Shown here: positions 20,470 to 30,795 of the stretch, one piece after another
Numbering within the stretch: position 1 is the first letter of the stretch
How the letters are laid out: the number at the start of each line of letters is the position of its first letter
Assembly: GCA_017437145.1 (NCBI GenBank)
Contig: JAFSBT010000004.1
Span: 71,828 to 135,827 of the forward strand
DNA length: 64,000 bases
Source of the DNA: Clostridia bacterium
Lineage (GTDB): Bacteria; Bacillota; Clostridia; TANB77; CAG-508
Direction of reading: 5' to 3'
Made by a program: the position numbers and the translations under genes
The notes under the pieces: model-generated
What the model was told of the DNA's origin: nothing
What the model saw: the letters and a program-made list of their open reading frames with translations, nothing else
Databases searched by the model: none

Positions 20470-21597
20470 TTATTTACCATCTTCTATACCATTTTTTAAA
20501 CCAAATGCATTTGTTTCATCATCAATTACAAAAGTCAAACTGTTTATTGGTCTAGTCATACCTACATACATCTTGTTTTTAGTTCCTAATGCTAATTTAG
20601 CCTTACCTTCTACTATGTATTTTTTAAATTCCTCTGTTGGATATAACAATACTCTTGAATATGTAGCACCTTTTGACTTTCCGAAAGTAATTTTAAAAGA
20701 TAATTTACTAGCACTAACACTTGAATCATTAATCAATTGTACTGGTTTATATTTTTTTATGTACTCATCTATTTGGCTCTTTTTAATTACAAAAACCCCC
20801 TGATGACAATCTTTTTTTATTTCAGTACATTCCATTGGCTGATATTCATTATAGAATTTATTTACAAAAGAAATTATATCCTTGTGACATCTATAGCATT
20901 TATTTAACTCTGTATTATCTATTTTACATTCAATAGATTTGCATTCATTCTCAATAAACTCTTTTATATTTCCATATGAATATTTTTTAAATTTTCTCTC
21001 AAAATGTGTCTTATATATTGTCTGTCTAGGATCTCCAACTAAAATAACATTACTATTCGTATTCATTATTCTTTTTATAAACTCTAAATCATATCCTGCC
21101 ATATCTTGAACTTCGTCAATAAAAATATATTTAAAAACAGATGATAACCTATTAATTACCTTTCCTTTTGTTTCATCATCTAGTCTAATAGCTAATTTAG
21201 CTAATTTATCTGTATATATTCTACAATCAGGATCAAAATAATGCTTAAAAAAATTTACTTTTTCTTTCCAGCATATTGGTATACCATCTTTATTTCTGTA
21301 CCTTACTGCAGATATTCCTTCTTCCATTTTTATTCCTCTTATTTTACCAATTTTCAAGGCTCTTTTGTAAGGTTTTATTGCATGTTGAAGTAACATAGAA
21401 AACCATGTTTGAATTCTTATGTGTTTTGGAACATATCCTACTTGTTCTATAATTTTACGCTCAATTTCATCTTTACAATTTATAGTAAAAGTTGTTATTA
21501 AAACTCTATCTTCTGTTGTTAAAGCATTGTTAATTAAATATCTAGTTTTACCTGTTCCTGCCCCAGCTATTATTAATTTATTCATCATAATCTCCAA
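20470..21597 (-). CDS. gajB: Gabija helicase-like subunit (UvrD-like)
   Basis: AGAGTGKT, FIDEVQD, VGDPRQTIY, SKGATY, YVGMTR; short UvrD-like protein directly after an OLD nuclease. Confidence 0.85.
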   Translation of the reverse strand: MEIMMNKLIIAGAGTGKTRYLINNALTTEDRVLITTFTINCKDEIERKIIEQVGYVPKHIRIQTWFSMLLQHAIKPYKRALKIGKIRGIKMEEGISAVRYRNKDGIPICWKEKVNFFKHYFDPDCRIYTDKLAKLAIRLDDETKGKVINRLSSVFKYIFIDEVQDMAGYDLEFIKRIMNTNSNVILVGDPRQTIYKTHFERKFKKYSYGNIKEFIENECKSIECKIDNTELNKCYRCHKDIISFVNKFYNEYQPMECTEIKKDCHQGVFVIKKSQIDEYIKKYKPVQLINDSSVSASKLSFKITFGKSKGATYSRVLLYPTEEFKKYIVEGKAKLALGTKNKMYVGMTRPINSLTFVIDDETNAFGLKNGIEDGK

Positions 21598-23251
21598 TCG
21601 CCTTTTTTATGTAGTCCGGATAACTAATACATTCTTCTGTCTCAAATATTTTTATTGCACAGTCAGTTTTATTTTTCACCATATAATCTATAACATCATC
21701 ATCTGTTTTAAAATCAGTCACTAATATTTTATTTAAAATTTTTAATGAATTTGCTCTTAAAATACATGGTTCTAATGTATCATAATTAAACTCTCCACCA
21801 TTTTTTGCAACTAAATCTCCTTGTTTTCTATGTTCAATTTCATCAAAAAATATATTAATATATTTCTTCGCATTTTTCCCTATATATCCTTCATATTTTT
21901 TCTTTAAAGCTTCTATATTCCCATCATTATCTGTTACTACTATAGTTTCTTTTTCTATTTTGTCAGCAATTTTTAAAAATCTTAAAAATGTTGTACCTAC
22001 TGATATAACATCAATTTCATCTTCTATTGGTAATCTTTTATATTTATCTTTATATGCTTTTTGAATTACTAATTCATCTGCATCGCCTTCTACTAAAATT
22101 GCTTTTTTACAAAGCAAAAATCTTAATGTATCGTATCCTGGCTTTTTAGCAAAGAATTTTTGAGTATTACTGTCTAAATCTAAAAATTTCATAATTTTCA
22201 TATTTTCAAGTAATTGAATCTTATCTAAGCCTAATTTATTTGCTACAAAACTACTATGGGTAGTAATAAAAAATTGTTTTTCACTTTCTACTTCCTCGAT
22301 TTCTCTCAACAATCTATTAAGTTTAGAAAAAGTTAAATGATTTTCTGGTTCTTCAAGTAAAATAATTCCTGCTTTCTCTGCCTTCTTATTATTCAAAGAT
22401 AATTCTATTTTTAAAGTTGCTTGTTCTCCTTTACCTACATTTTCAAATGGAATAGAATTAATTTTTGTAATTATTGCTTTTTCCCACTCACTTTTGTTGA
22501 GCATTTCTACATCCATCTGTATTTTATCGCCCATCAAATGTGTTTCTTCATTTAATCTTCCATTCACTTTTACCATTGTGTCACTATTTATAAAATCATT
22601 TCTTACTTTTCTATACGTTTGAGATATATCTATAATCTCACTTTCTTCAAGTTTTTCTTTTATAATTTTCGAAATGCAACTATCTGAACTATTTTTCAAA
22701 TTCGAATCCGAAGTATCAATTAAAACAGATTTTATCGGTATTGCCCTTGTTGTCATCTCATCATCTATATTTGCAGAACAATGCCATGCCGCACTATAGT
22801 ATTCTATTGGAAGTGTTGTTATTTCACCTTTTTCCAAAAACTCTTTATATTCTTTGTCAAATTTTGAATCAAATCTTATAGAAAAATTCACTGTAGCTTT
22901 TTCTTCATTATCTGAATTATTAATTCCAAGTAATTCAGGAGCATTATCAAGAAAAATTTCTATATTTAATTTAGGTAATGGAGTAGATGCATCTTTATTT
23001 ACCTTTTCAATATATTCTTTTACTACTTTATCGTTAAAAATATCTTGAGTAAAAGAATTTTTTATGTACTTACCTCTATAAAATCCAGTTAAAGCAAGGT
23101 GTATAGCTTCAAGAATTGTTGATTTACCTTCATTATTATTTCCAACTAAAATATTCATTCCATTATACGGTTCAAACTCGAATTTTATTAAATTCTTAAA
23201 ATTATTTATTTTAACTTTATTTATACGCATACCTTTTTCTCCTTTTTTCAA
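21578..23251 (-). CDS. gajA: Gabija OLD-family ATPase/TOPRIM nuclease
   Basis: GNNNEGKST, LLEEPENHL, TTHSS, TOPRIM LVEGDADE and TDNDG. Confidence 0.88.
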   Translation of the reverse strand: MKKGEKGMRINKVKINNFKNLIKFEFEPYNGMNILVGNNNEGKSTILEAIHLALTGFYRGKYIKNSFTQDIFNDKVVKEYIEKVNKDASTPLPKLNIEIFLDNAPELLGINNSDNEEKATVNFSIRFDSKFDKEYKEFLEKGEITTLPIEYYSAAWHCSANIDDEMTTRAIPIKSVLIDTSDSNLKNSSDSCISKIIKEKLEESEIIDISQTYRKVRNDFINSDTMVKVNGRLNEETHLMGDKIQMDVEMLNKSEWEKAIITKINSIPFENVGKGEQATLKIELSLNNKKAEKAGIILLEEPENHLTFSKLNRLLREIEEVESEKQFFITTHSSFVANKLGLDKIQLLENMKIMKFLDLDSNTQKFFAKKPGYDTLRFLLCKKAILVEGDADELVIQKAYKDKYKRLPIEDEIDVISVGTTFLRFLKIADKIEKETIVVTDNDGNIEALKKKYEGYIGKNAKKYINIFFDEIEHRKQGDLVAKNGGEFNYDTLEPCILRANSLKILNKILVTDFKTDDDVIDYMVKNKTDCAIKIFETEECISYPDYIKKAIGDYDE

Positions 23252-23517
23252 ATTATATCAATTTTCATTGTTTTTTTCTATGTTCTATTAATATTATATA
23301 TATTTTTTATTTACATTATTCGACATTATACGACTTCATATAATTTATATTACATTTTATAAAGTTTTTTATTGTCCTATATAAGTTCTTTTATGAATTT
23401 TTGTGTAATCTTTGTAACCCTTGAAAAATAAGCAAAAACTACTGGTAATTACAATAAAAATATTATATAATCATCACCATTGAATACAAGACTTCTTCCA
23501 CCCTAATTTGAAAGGAG

Positions 23518-24726
23518 GTGGAAAAAGCAATGGCTGGAAGTATTGAAAAAAGAGGTAAAAATACTTACAGGTTAATCGTTTCAGGTGGTAAAAATCTTGA
23601 TGGTAGCAGATGTAGAAAAACAAAAACTATTCATGGTACTAGAAAAGATGCTGAAATTGCTCTTGCTGAGTTTATAACAGAAGTAAATCGTGGAATGGTT
23701 CCAGAAGGTAAATCCATAACATTTGAAGAGTTTTTTCACATTTGGAAAGAAAAATATGGTTCTAAAGAATTAGCACCAAAGACTTACTCTAGATATCTCG
23801 GTATGCTAAGAACTCGTATTCTACCATATTTAAGTTCATTTCTTCTTGATAAAATAAAACCTACTGATTTAATGAACTTATATGATATGTTAGAAAACGA
23901 CACTCAAATAAAAAGGATTGCTAAAAACAACGGTCAAAGAACTTTAAAACCATTATCGCCAAAAACTATTTTAGAACATCACAGATTATTAAGTGCAATG
24001 TTTCAAAGAGCAGTATATTGGCAATTATTAGTTAACAATCCTGCAAGAAGAGTTAAACCACCCAAAACTAAAAAACCTAAAATTGAGTTTTTCGATGATG
24101 ATGAGTGCAAACTTCTTATTAATTCTTTACAAGACTTCACTGGAAGCAAATTAAAATACAAAGTAGCTATTCTACTTGATATTTTTTCTGGTGTAAGGCG
24201 CGGCGAACTTGTAGGACTTGAATGGTCTGACGTAGATTTTAAAAATGAAACTATTGAAGTTAATAAATCTACTCAATATCTACCTGAAAAAGGAATATTT
24301 GATAAAGATCCAAAGACTGAAAGTTCTAATAGAATTGTTCCAATACCAAGTTATATAACTAAAGTACTTTTGGAATATAAAAAATGGTATTATGAACAAA
24401 AAGAATTATTTGGAGATAAGTGGATTGACTCTAACAAATTATTTATACAAGCTAACGGAAAAACTATGCATCTTGATACACTTGGTAAGTGGTATAAAGA
24501 ACATATTGCATCTTTAGGATTACCTGTAGTAAAACTTCATGGAATAAGACATACAAATGCAACACTCTTAATTTCTCAAAATGTCGATATTGCAACAGTA
24601 TCTGCAAGACTTGGTCATGCAAGTATTAATACTACTATAAAATACTATGTGCATCCATTACAAAAGAATATGAGAAAAGCAGCGTATGTTTTACAAGACT
24701 TATTGATAAATAACAATAATAACTAA
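23518..24726 (+). CDS. int: Tyrosine integrase (ICEBs1/phage type)
   Basis: AGSIEKRGKNTYRL arm domain; SGVRRGEL, HGIRHT, RLGHAS..TT...Y catalytic residues. Confidence 0.95.
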   Translation: MEKAMAGSIEKRGKNTYRLIVSGGKNLDGSRCRKTKTIHGTRKDAEIALAEFITEVNRGMVPEGKSITFEEFFHIWKEKYGSKELAPKTYSRYLGMLRTRILPYLSSFLLDKIKPTDLMNLYDMLENDTQIKRIAKNNGQRTLKPLSPKTILEHHRLLSAMFQRAVYWQLLVNNPARRVKPPKTKKPKIEFFDDDECKLLINSLQDFTGSKLKYKVAILLDIFSGVRRGELVGLEWSDVDFKNETIEVNKSTQYLPEKGIFDKDPKTESSNRIVPIPSYITKVLLEYKKWYYEQKELFGDKWIDSNKLFIQANGKTMHLDTLGKWYKEHIASLGLPVVKLHGIRHTNATLLISQNVDIATVSARLGHASINTTIKYYVHPLQKNMRKAAYVLQDLLINNNNN

Positions 24727-24812
24727 AATCTTTTTTCAAAATATCACAAAATTGCTTTTTTGAAGTAAATTAGTGAAGATTTTGGCTTTATCAAGCCTAT
24801 TATAGAATCTTG

Positions 24813-24831
24813 TGTCCCCAGGCTGTCCCCA
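24813..24831 (+). repeat. TGTCCCCA direct repeat, candidate integrase arm-binding sites
   Basis: TGTCCCCA-ggc-TGTCCCCA between int and the tRNA. Confidence 0.55.
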
Positions 24832-24903
24832 AAAGAGCTAAAATCTTACTTATACATAAATAATAAAAGAGCCACAATCTCTTGCGACTCTAATAAAATT
24901 CTT

Positions 24904-24979
24904 TGGTTGCGGGGGATAGACTCGAACTATCGACCTTCGGGTTATGAGCCCGACGAGCTGCCAACTGCTCCACCCCGCG
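24904..24979 (-). tRNA. tRNA-Met (initiator, CAT)
   Basis: CGCGGGGTGGAGCAGTTGGCAGCTCGTCGGGCTCATAACCCGAAGG...CCCCGCAACCA; C1:A72 mismatch, three G-C pairs in the anticodon stem. Confidence 0.97.
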
Positions 24980-25254
24980 ATATTTAGTACTGTATAAGTA
25001 TACTCTTTATGTTTTTATTTGTCAATACTTTTAAATAATTTTTACATTTTTTCACTGTTTTATTAGTATTACACTTGTATTATATTCCATTTTTTAATTT
25101 TTATTCCACTAATATATCTTTTTTTATAAATTCACGCTCTCCAAATTATGTTGACTTTATTCATGATTTTTAGTATAATATCTAAGCTAGACATCAATGT
25201 TATGTCTACAGTAAAATACTGCACACATGTGCAAAAAAGAAAGGTTGAAGAAAC

Positions 25255-26250
25255 ATGAACCCCAACGTACACTCAAAAATCAGAGTCGCCATTGCAGGCT
25301 ACGGCAACCTCGGAAAAGGTATTGAAAGCCAGCTTTCAAAGAACCCCGACATGAAGCTCGTCTGCATATTCACCCGCAGAGACCCCGCAACTCTGAAAAC
25401 ACAGTCTTCTGTTCCGGTTGTTCATAACGATGATATGTGGGATTGGACAGACAAAATTGACCTCGTTTTCCTTTGCGGCGGTTCTGCAACAGATTTGCCC
25501 GAAATCGGTCCGAAATTTGCTGCGCTTTTCAACACTGTTGACAGTTTCGATACTCATGCAAAAGCGGCTGAATATGCCGAGTTGATGAACAATGCAACAC
25601 ATTATGGTGATACTATCGCCATGACATCAATCGGCTGGGACCCCGGTCTTTTCTCTCTCATGAGACTGATGATTGGCTCTATACTTCCCAACTCAAAGGT
25701 ATATACCTTCTGGGGTACAGGCGTAAGTCAGGGACATTCAGATGCAATCAGACGTATTGAAGGCGTAAAAGATGCACGTCAGTACACCGTTCCCGTTGAA
25801 GCTGCGTTGGAAAAAGTCCGTAACGGCGAAACTCCTGACTTCACAACCCGAGAAAAGCATACACGTGTATGTTATGTTGTGACAGAAGAAGGCGCTGACC
25901 AGGCTGCTATCGAAGCTGAAATCAAAAATATGCCGAACTATTTTGCCGACTACGATACTACTGTACATTTTATTTCGCAGGAGGAACTCTTGAGAGACCA
26001 TTCAAAGCTTCCTCACGGCGGTTCAGTAATCGCTGCTGGCGAAACATCTGAAGGCACAAAACAGGTTGTCGAATTCTCCTTGAACCTCGATTCGAATCCG
26101 GAATTCACATCATCTGTCCTTATTGCATACGGCCGCGCTGCGTACAATATGTGGCTGAACGGTGAAACAGGTTACAAAAACTTCTCGGACGTTCCGCCCA
26201 AATTTCTTTCGCCTTTGAGCGATGAAGAAATCATAAAGGGTATTCTTTAA
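25255..26250 (+). CDS. ddh: meso-diaminopimelate dehydrogenase
   Basis: GYGNLG, DSFDTH, GWDPGLFS, GVSQGHSDAIRR, NPEFT. Confidence 0.95.
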   Translation: MNPNVHSKIRVAIAGYGNLGKGIESQLSKNPDMKLVCIFTRRDPATLKTQSSVPVVHNDDMWDWTDKIDLVFLCGGSATDLPEIGPKFAALFNTVDSFDTHAKAAEYAELMNNATHYGDTIAMTSIGWDPGLFSLMRLMIGSILPNSKVYTFWGTGVSQGHSDAIRRIEGVKDARQYTVPVEAALEKVRNGETPDFTTREKHTRVCYVVTEEGADQAAIEAEIKNMPNYFADYDTTVHFISQEELLRDHSKLPHGGSVIAAGETSEGTKQVVEFSLNLDSNPEFTSSVLIAYGRAAYNMWLNGETGYKNFSDVPPKFLSPLSDEEIIKGIL

Positions 26251-26274
26251 ACCCCTATATTCCTTTAACGCTCG

Positions 26275-26310
26275 TCCCGTCTGCTTTGTAAAGCAGGCGG
26301 GATTTATTAT
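26275..26310 (+). terminator. Intrinsic terminator of ddh
   Basis: TCCCGTCTGCTTT-gt-AAAGCAGGCGGGA followed by a T-rich tail. Confidence 0.7.
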
Positions 26311-26383
26311 TTTATAATTGTTGAATAATTTATTAAATAATGATAAAATTTTTAAGATAAAAATATAATATAGGAAGATTTAA

Positions 26384-27268
26384 ATGTTAGATAATTGTAC
26401 TTTATGCCCACATGAATGTGGTATTAATAGATTAAAAGGATATAAGGGCAGATGTAAGTGTGATGACAAAATAAAAATTGCACTTGCATCTCTTCATATG
26501 TTTGAAGAACCATGTATTACTGGCAAAAATGGTTCTGGCACTGTGTTTTTTTCTCATTGCAATTTGAATTGTGTTTATTGCCAAAACTATGAAATAAGTC
26601 AATTGCAAAATGGAAAAGAAATTTCTATTCAAGAATTAGCAGATATTTTCATTGAACAACAAAATAAAGGTGCTGAAAATATAAATTTAGTTACACCTAC
26701 TATGTATGTTTATCAAATAATTGAAGCTATAAAGATTGCTAAAGCTAATGGATTAAAAATTCCTATTGTATATAATTCTAATGGATATGAAAGCGTGGAA
26801 ACTATTAAACTGTTAAATGGTTTTATTGATGTTTATTTACCAGATTTAAAATATTCGGATAACTCTTTGGCAAAGGAATATTCAAATGTAAATAATTATT
26901 TCGAAATTGCAACTAATGCAATTTTGGAAATGTATTATCAAGTTGGTCTTCCACAGTTTTCTGAAGATGGTCTTATAAAAAAAGGTGTGCTTATTAGACA
27001 TCTTATACTACCTAACCATGTGGATAATAGTAAAAAAGTTTTAGATTGGATAAAATCTAGTCTTCCAAAAGATGTTTATGTAAGTATTATGGCGCAATAT
27101 TTCCCAACTTATAAAGCACATGAATATGAAAATTTAAACAGAAAAATTTATGATACTGAATTAGAAGAAATTAAAAATTACTTATCTTTTTTAGGCATTC
27201 ATAACGGCTATATTCAAGAACTTGGAACTCATGAAGAAGAATATGTTCCAAATTTTAAAATAAATTAG
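26384..27268 (+). CDS. Radical SAM protein (PflX-like)
   Basis: CTLCPHECG, CNLNCVYCQN, VYLPDLKY, RHLILP. Confidence 0.88.
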   Translation: MLDNCTLCPHECGINRLKGYKGRCKCDDKIKIALASLHMFEEPCITGKNGSGTVFFSHCNLNCVYCQNYEISQLQNGKEISIQELADIFIEQQNKGAENINLVTPTMYVYQIIEAIKIAKANGLKIPIVYNSNGYESVETIKLLNGFIDVYLPDLKYSDNSLAKEYSNVNNYFEIATNAILEMYYQVGLPQFSEDGLIKKGVLIRHLILPNHVDNSKKVLDWIKSSLPKDVYVSIMAQYFPTYKAHEYENLNRKIYDTELEEIKNYLSFLGIHNGYIQELGTHEEEYVPNFKIN

Positions 27269-27314
27269 AATTTTTTTATTATATATGTTATAATATTTAA
27301 TTAGGAGGATAATT

Positions 27315-28022
27315 ATGGTAGAAATATTTATGAAAATATATGAATTTATTACATTCGCTTTTTCAAATTTTTATATTGAATCTGTAATTAAATTATTATT
27401 AGTTTTCTTTTTAGCTGGTATTATTGGTGCTGAAAGAGAATCTTTAAATAAACCAGCAGGTTTTAAAACTCATGCTTTAATAGGAATTAGTGCAGTTTTG
27501 GTAATGCTTACTAGCGAATATATAGGAAAAACTACTGGTGGAGATGTTACAAGAATTCCTGCTCAATTACTTTCTGGTATAGGTTTTATAGGTGCTGGAA
27601 CAATTTTAACTGATGGTTTTAATGTTAAAGGTTTAACTACAGCAACAAGTTTGCTTTTAGTAACTTGTATAGGTTTAAGTATTGGTGCTGGTTTTTATTT
27701 AGGTGGAATTGTTTGTACTATTTTAGCTTATCTAATTTTAGCTTATTCAAGAAAAATTAGATTAAAACATGCTCATTTAGATTCACTTCAATTTGCAATA
27801 CATATTAAAAATGCTGACCAAGTAATGCCAAAAATTGAAGGTGTTTTTGCAAAACATGGTATTAATATTTCTAAAGTAAATGTTTCAAAATCTGATGAAT
27901 TTAATAGAAAGTTAGTTAAATTTATTTGTAAATATAATTCTTCATTAGGATTAAACAAAATTATTACAGATATTACCGCATTAGAAAATGTTATAGAAGT
28001 TGAAACTGATAAGGAAGATTAA
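27315..28022 (+). CDS. MgtC/SapB family protein with ACT-like C-terminus
   Basis: IGAERE...KPAGFKTH, RIPAQLLSGIGFIGAG. Confidence 0.9.
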   Translation: MVEIFMKIYEFITFAFSNFYIESVIKLLLVFFLAGIIGAERESLNKPAGFKTHALIGISAVLVMLTSEYIGKTTGGDVTRIPAQLLSGIGFIGAGTILTDGFNVKGLTTATSLLLVTCIGLSIGAGFYLGGIVCTILAYLILAYSRKIRLKHAHLDSLQFAIHIKNADQVMPKIEGVFAKHGINISKVNVSKSDEFNRKLVKFICKYNSSLGLNKIITDITALENVIEVETDKED

Positions 28023-28064
28023 CAAGGAAACCCTCACGAAATTTAATTTTGTGAGGGTTTTATT

Positions 28065-28628
28065 TTATTCTGCATATGCTTTTGCTTTTAATGAGCAACT
28101 TACTTCATTTATTCTTTCAAATAATGAAATGAAAAATGGTTTGAGTATTATTCCACAATTGCTGATTTTCAATGTATATCCTTTTACTTTTATTACTCTT
28201 TTTAGTTGTGAAAATTCATCTTTCAAAATTGGTAAAAATGCTATAGCTATGCAAATTATTAAGCTTATATCTTCTGGATTTACTTTAAATAATTTAAGTG
28301 GTGTAAAAAGTTTTTCAATTACCTTGGCAAATTCAAAGTATGATAATACTTTAGAAAAACTATAAGTAATATTGCAAACTAATACTAATCTGGCACCAAT
28401 TAAAAATGCATATTCAAAATGTACTATAAAAATATTTGCAATTGCGGTAATCACTATAAAAACACTAACATTTAATAAATTTTTTAATGCACCTTTTACA
28501 CTTACTCTTACAATTAGCATAACTAGAATATTTATAATAAGTTCAGCTAATAACATTTCCCATTTACTAGTCAAAAATATAATTAGTGTATATATTATGA
28601 ACAATAGAAATTTTAATAAATTTTTCAT
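28065..28628 (-). CDS. ecfT: ECF transporter transmembrane component
   Basis: CbiQ-like TM protein after ecfA; IAIAFLPILKDE. Confidence 0.8.
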   Translation of the reverse strand: MKNLLKFLLFIIYTLIIFLTSKWEMLLAELIINILVMLIVRVSVKGALKNLLNVSVFIVITAIANIFIVHFEYAFLIGARLVLVCNITYSFSKVLSYFEFAKVIEKLFTPLKLFKVNPEDISLIICIAIAFLPILKDEFSQLKRVIKVKGYTLKISNCGIILKPFFISLFERINEVSCSLKAKAYAE

Positions 28629-29440
28629 TTTTTATACACCTCTATTACTTTTTCAATTAGCTCTTCCTTAGTCCATTTTTCTAGTTCGACTTTAATTCCA
28701 TTTATATTCAATTTTTCGACAAAATTCACCAAATATGGAATCTCTATGCTGTTACTTTTTAGCACATCTATATTTTCTAATATGTCTTCCTTTTTAAACT
28801 GACTAATAATTTCACCTTTTTTTATTAAAACAATTCTATCTGCCATTAATATTTCGTCTATCGCATTTGTTATATAAATAATTGTATATCCTTGTTCTTT
28901 TAATGTTCTTAATATTTTATAAAATGTTTCTTTTCCATATGAATCTAGCATTGTTGTTGATTCATCAAAAATGATATATTTTGAATTTATTGCTAACACT
29001 CCTGCAATTGTTACTCTTTGTTTCTGACCTAAAGATAGTTCATAAGTATTACTTTTTATAAATTCCTTCATATCAACTTTTTCTAAAGCTTGTTGAATTC
29101 TTATTTCTATATCATTTAATTTTAAATTATTTATTGCAAATGCAATATCATCATATACATTATTAAAAAGAATTTGATTTTCTGGATTTTGAAAAACAAT
29201 TCCTACTTTTTTTCTTAATTCTTGAAAATTTGCTTTCTTTTTTGTATCTAGTTCATCAATTAAAACAGTTCCTTTTTTTGGTTTTTCCAAACCTGAAATT
29301 AGTTTAGCCAAAGTTGATTTTCCTGAACCATTTTTTCCAATTATACTTACAAATTCTCCTTCTGATATTTGTAAATTAATATTTTTCAATACCTCTTTAC
29401 CATTTTTATATTTAAAATTAACATCCTTTAATTCAATCAT
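28625..29440 (-). CDS. ecfA: ECF transporter ATPase
   Basis: GKNGSGKST, VFQNPENQ, LSLGQKQR. Confidence 0.88.
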   Translation of the reverse strand: MIELKDVNFKYKNGKEVLKNINLQISEGEFVSIIGKNGSGKSTLAKLISGLEKPKKGTVLIDELDTKKKANFQELRKKVGIVFQNPENQILFNNVYDDIAFAINNLKLNDIEIRIQQALEKVDMKEFIKSNTYELSLGQKQRVTIAGVLAINSKYIIFDESTTMLDSYGKETFYKILRTLKEQGYTIIYITNAIDEILMADRIVLIKKGEIISQFKKEDILENIDVLKSNSIEIPYLVNFVEKLNINGIKVELEKWTKEELIEKVIEVYKK

Positions 29441-29480
29441 TTTACATTCCTTTTTGTTTCATTTATTTTCTAAATTTTAT

Positions 29481-29505
29481 GCGGACGACCAATGGTCGCC
29501 CCTAC
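29481..29505 (-). repeat. GTAG-family REP element
   Basis: Reverse complement GTAGGGGCGACCATTGGTCGTCCGC. Confidence 0.8.
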
Positions 29506-29514
29506 ATTATTAAA

Positions 29515-30795
29515 TTAATCTTTGATATTTGATAGAAATTCCTGCACATCCTTGTATACGTAAAAACTACCTACAACTAAAATTAATCTATCATCATATA
29601 ATTTTGTTACAACATTTAATGCTTCTTCTAAACTCATTGTGAATAACTTTGAAAAAGTTGTAATGTCATATGCTGCATTGTATAAATTTTCTTTCGCAAC
29701 ATATTTTTTCTTATCATTTCCGTCTGTAAATATAAATATTGAATCTTTATCTTCACAAAGTTTTTCAATAACTGTTTTATAGTCTTTTGTTTTTAAAACA
29801 GAAACTATATATACTTTTTTGTAATCTTTATAATATTGTTCTACATTTTGTTTAAAATTATCTATTGCATTTTCATTATGAGCTCCATCAAATACCATTA
29901 ATGGTTTTTCACAAATTTTTTCCATTCTTGCTTTATGCACAATGGCTTTTAGTCCATTTCTTATAGCTTCTTCTGAAATTTTAAAACCTTTTTCTTTTAA
30001 AACATTTATAATTTCTAACACTTGGCTTGCATTGTATATCTGAACTTTACCTTTTAAATTTATTTCTATTTGTTTGTAGTCTTTATAGTCAAATTTTTGT
30101 AAGTCTTCTGTATATGAATAATTTTGTGCATCTTCTATTTTTACTTTGTGTAATTTTGCATTTTTTGAATTACATGTTTCTTCAATTATTTTAGATATTT
30201 CCTCTGCTTGTTCTACAATTACTGTATCAGAATTTTCTTTTATAATTCCTGCTTTTTGTGTTGTAATTTCTTCTAAAGTTTCTCCTAAAATATCCACATG
30301 ATCATATCCTATATTTGTAATTATTGAAACCATAGATTTTACAACATTTGTGCAATCTGTTAGTCCTCCAAGTCCTGTTTCTAGTACTACAAAATCACAA
30401 TTATTTTGTAAAAAATATATTAAAGCAACACATGTAATTACTTCAAACCACTTAGCCGGAACTTCATGTGAGTTATTATATTCTTCTATTTTTTTTGTTA
30501 ATGGTTCTAATATATTTTCAACTTCTTCATCAGAAATTTCTTTATTATTAATATAAATTCCATCATTAAATTTGATTAAATGTGGAGAAATAAATTTTCC
30601 AACTTTATAACCCGCTTCCACTAAAACATTAGAAAGCATTTCACAAACACTTCCTTTTCCATTAGTACCAGCAACATGTAAAAATTTTGTCTTGCATGTT
30701 TCAAGTTCAAAGTCTTTCATTACATATTCCATTACATCTAGGTTTGGATCCTTTGTAAATTTATCTAATTTTTCTAGGTACTCATTTATATTCAT
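29515..30795 (-). CDS. folC: Folylpolyglutamate synthase / dihydrofolate synthase
   Basis: HVAGTNGKGS, ETGLGG, DGAHN, VGSFY. Confidence 0.95.
   Translation of the reverse strand: MNINEYLEKLDKFTKDPNLDVMEYVMKDFELETCKTKFLHVAGTNGKGSVCEMLSNVLVEAGYKVGKFISPHLIKFNDGIYINNKEISDEEVENILEPLTKKIEEYNNSHEVPAKWFEVITCVALIYFLQNNCDFVVLETGLGGLTDCTNVVKSMVSIITNIGYDHVDILGETLEEITTQKAGIIKENSDTVIVEQAEEISKIIEETCNSKNAKLHKVKIEDAQNYSYTEDLQKFDYKDYKQIEINLKGKVQIYNASQVLEIINVLKEKGFKISEEAIRNGLKAIVHKARMEKICEKPLMVFDGAHNENAIDNFKQNVEQYYKDYKKVYIVSVLKTKDYKTVIEKLCEDKDSIFIFTDGNDKKKYVAKENLYNAAYDITTFSKLFTMSLEEALNVVTKLYDDRLILVVGSFYVYKDVQEFLSNIKD

Larger units (their letters stand above)
1..24903. mobile_element. Integrative (probably mobilizable) defence/cargo island at tRNA-fMet; far end lies outside the window
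   Basis: Integrase abuts the tRNA 3' end; xis remnant, oriT-like sites, R-M, Gabija, KAP. No second att copy was seen in the window. Confidence 0.72.
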
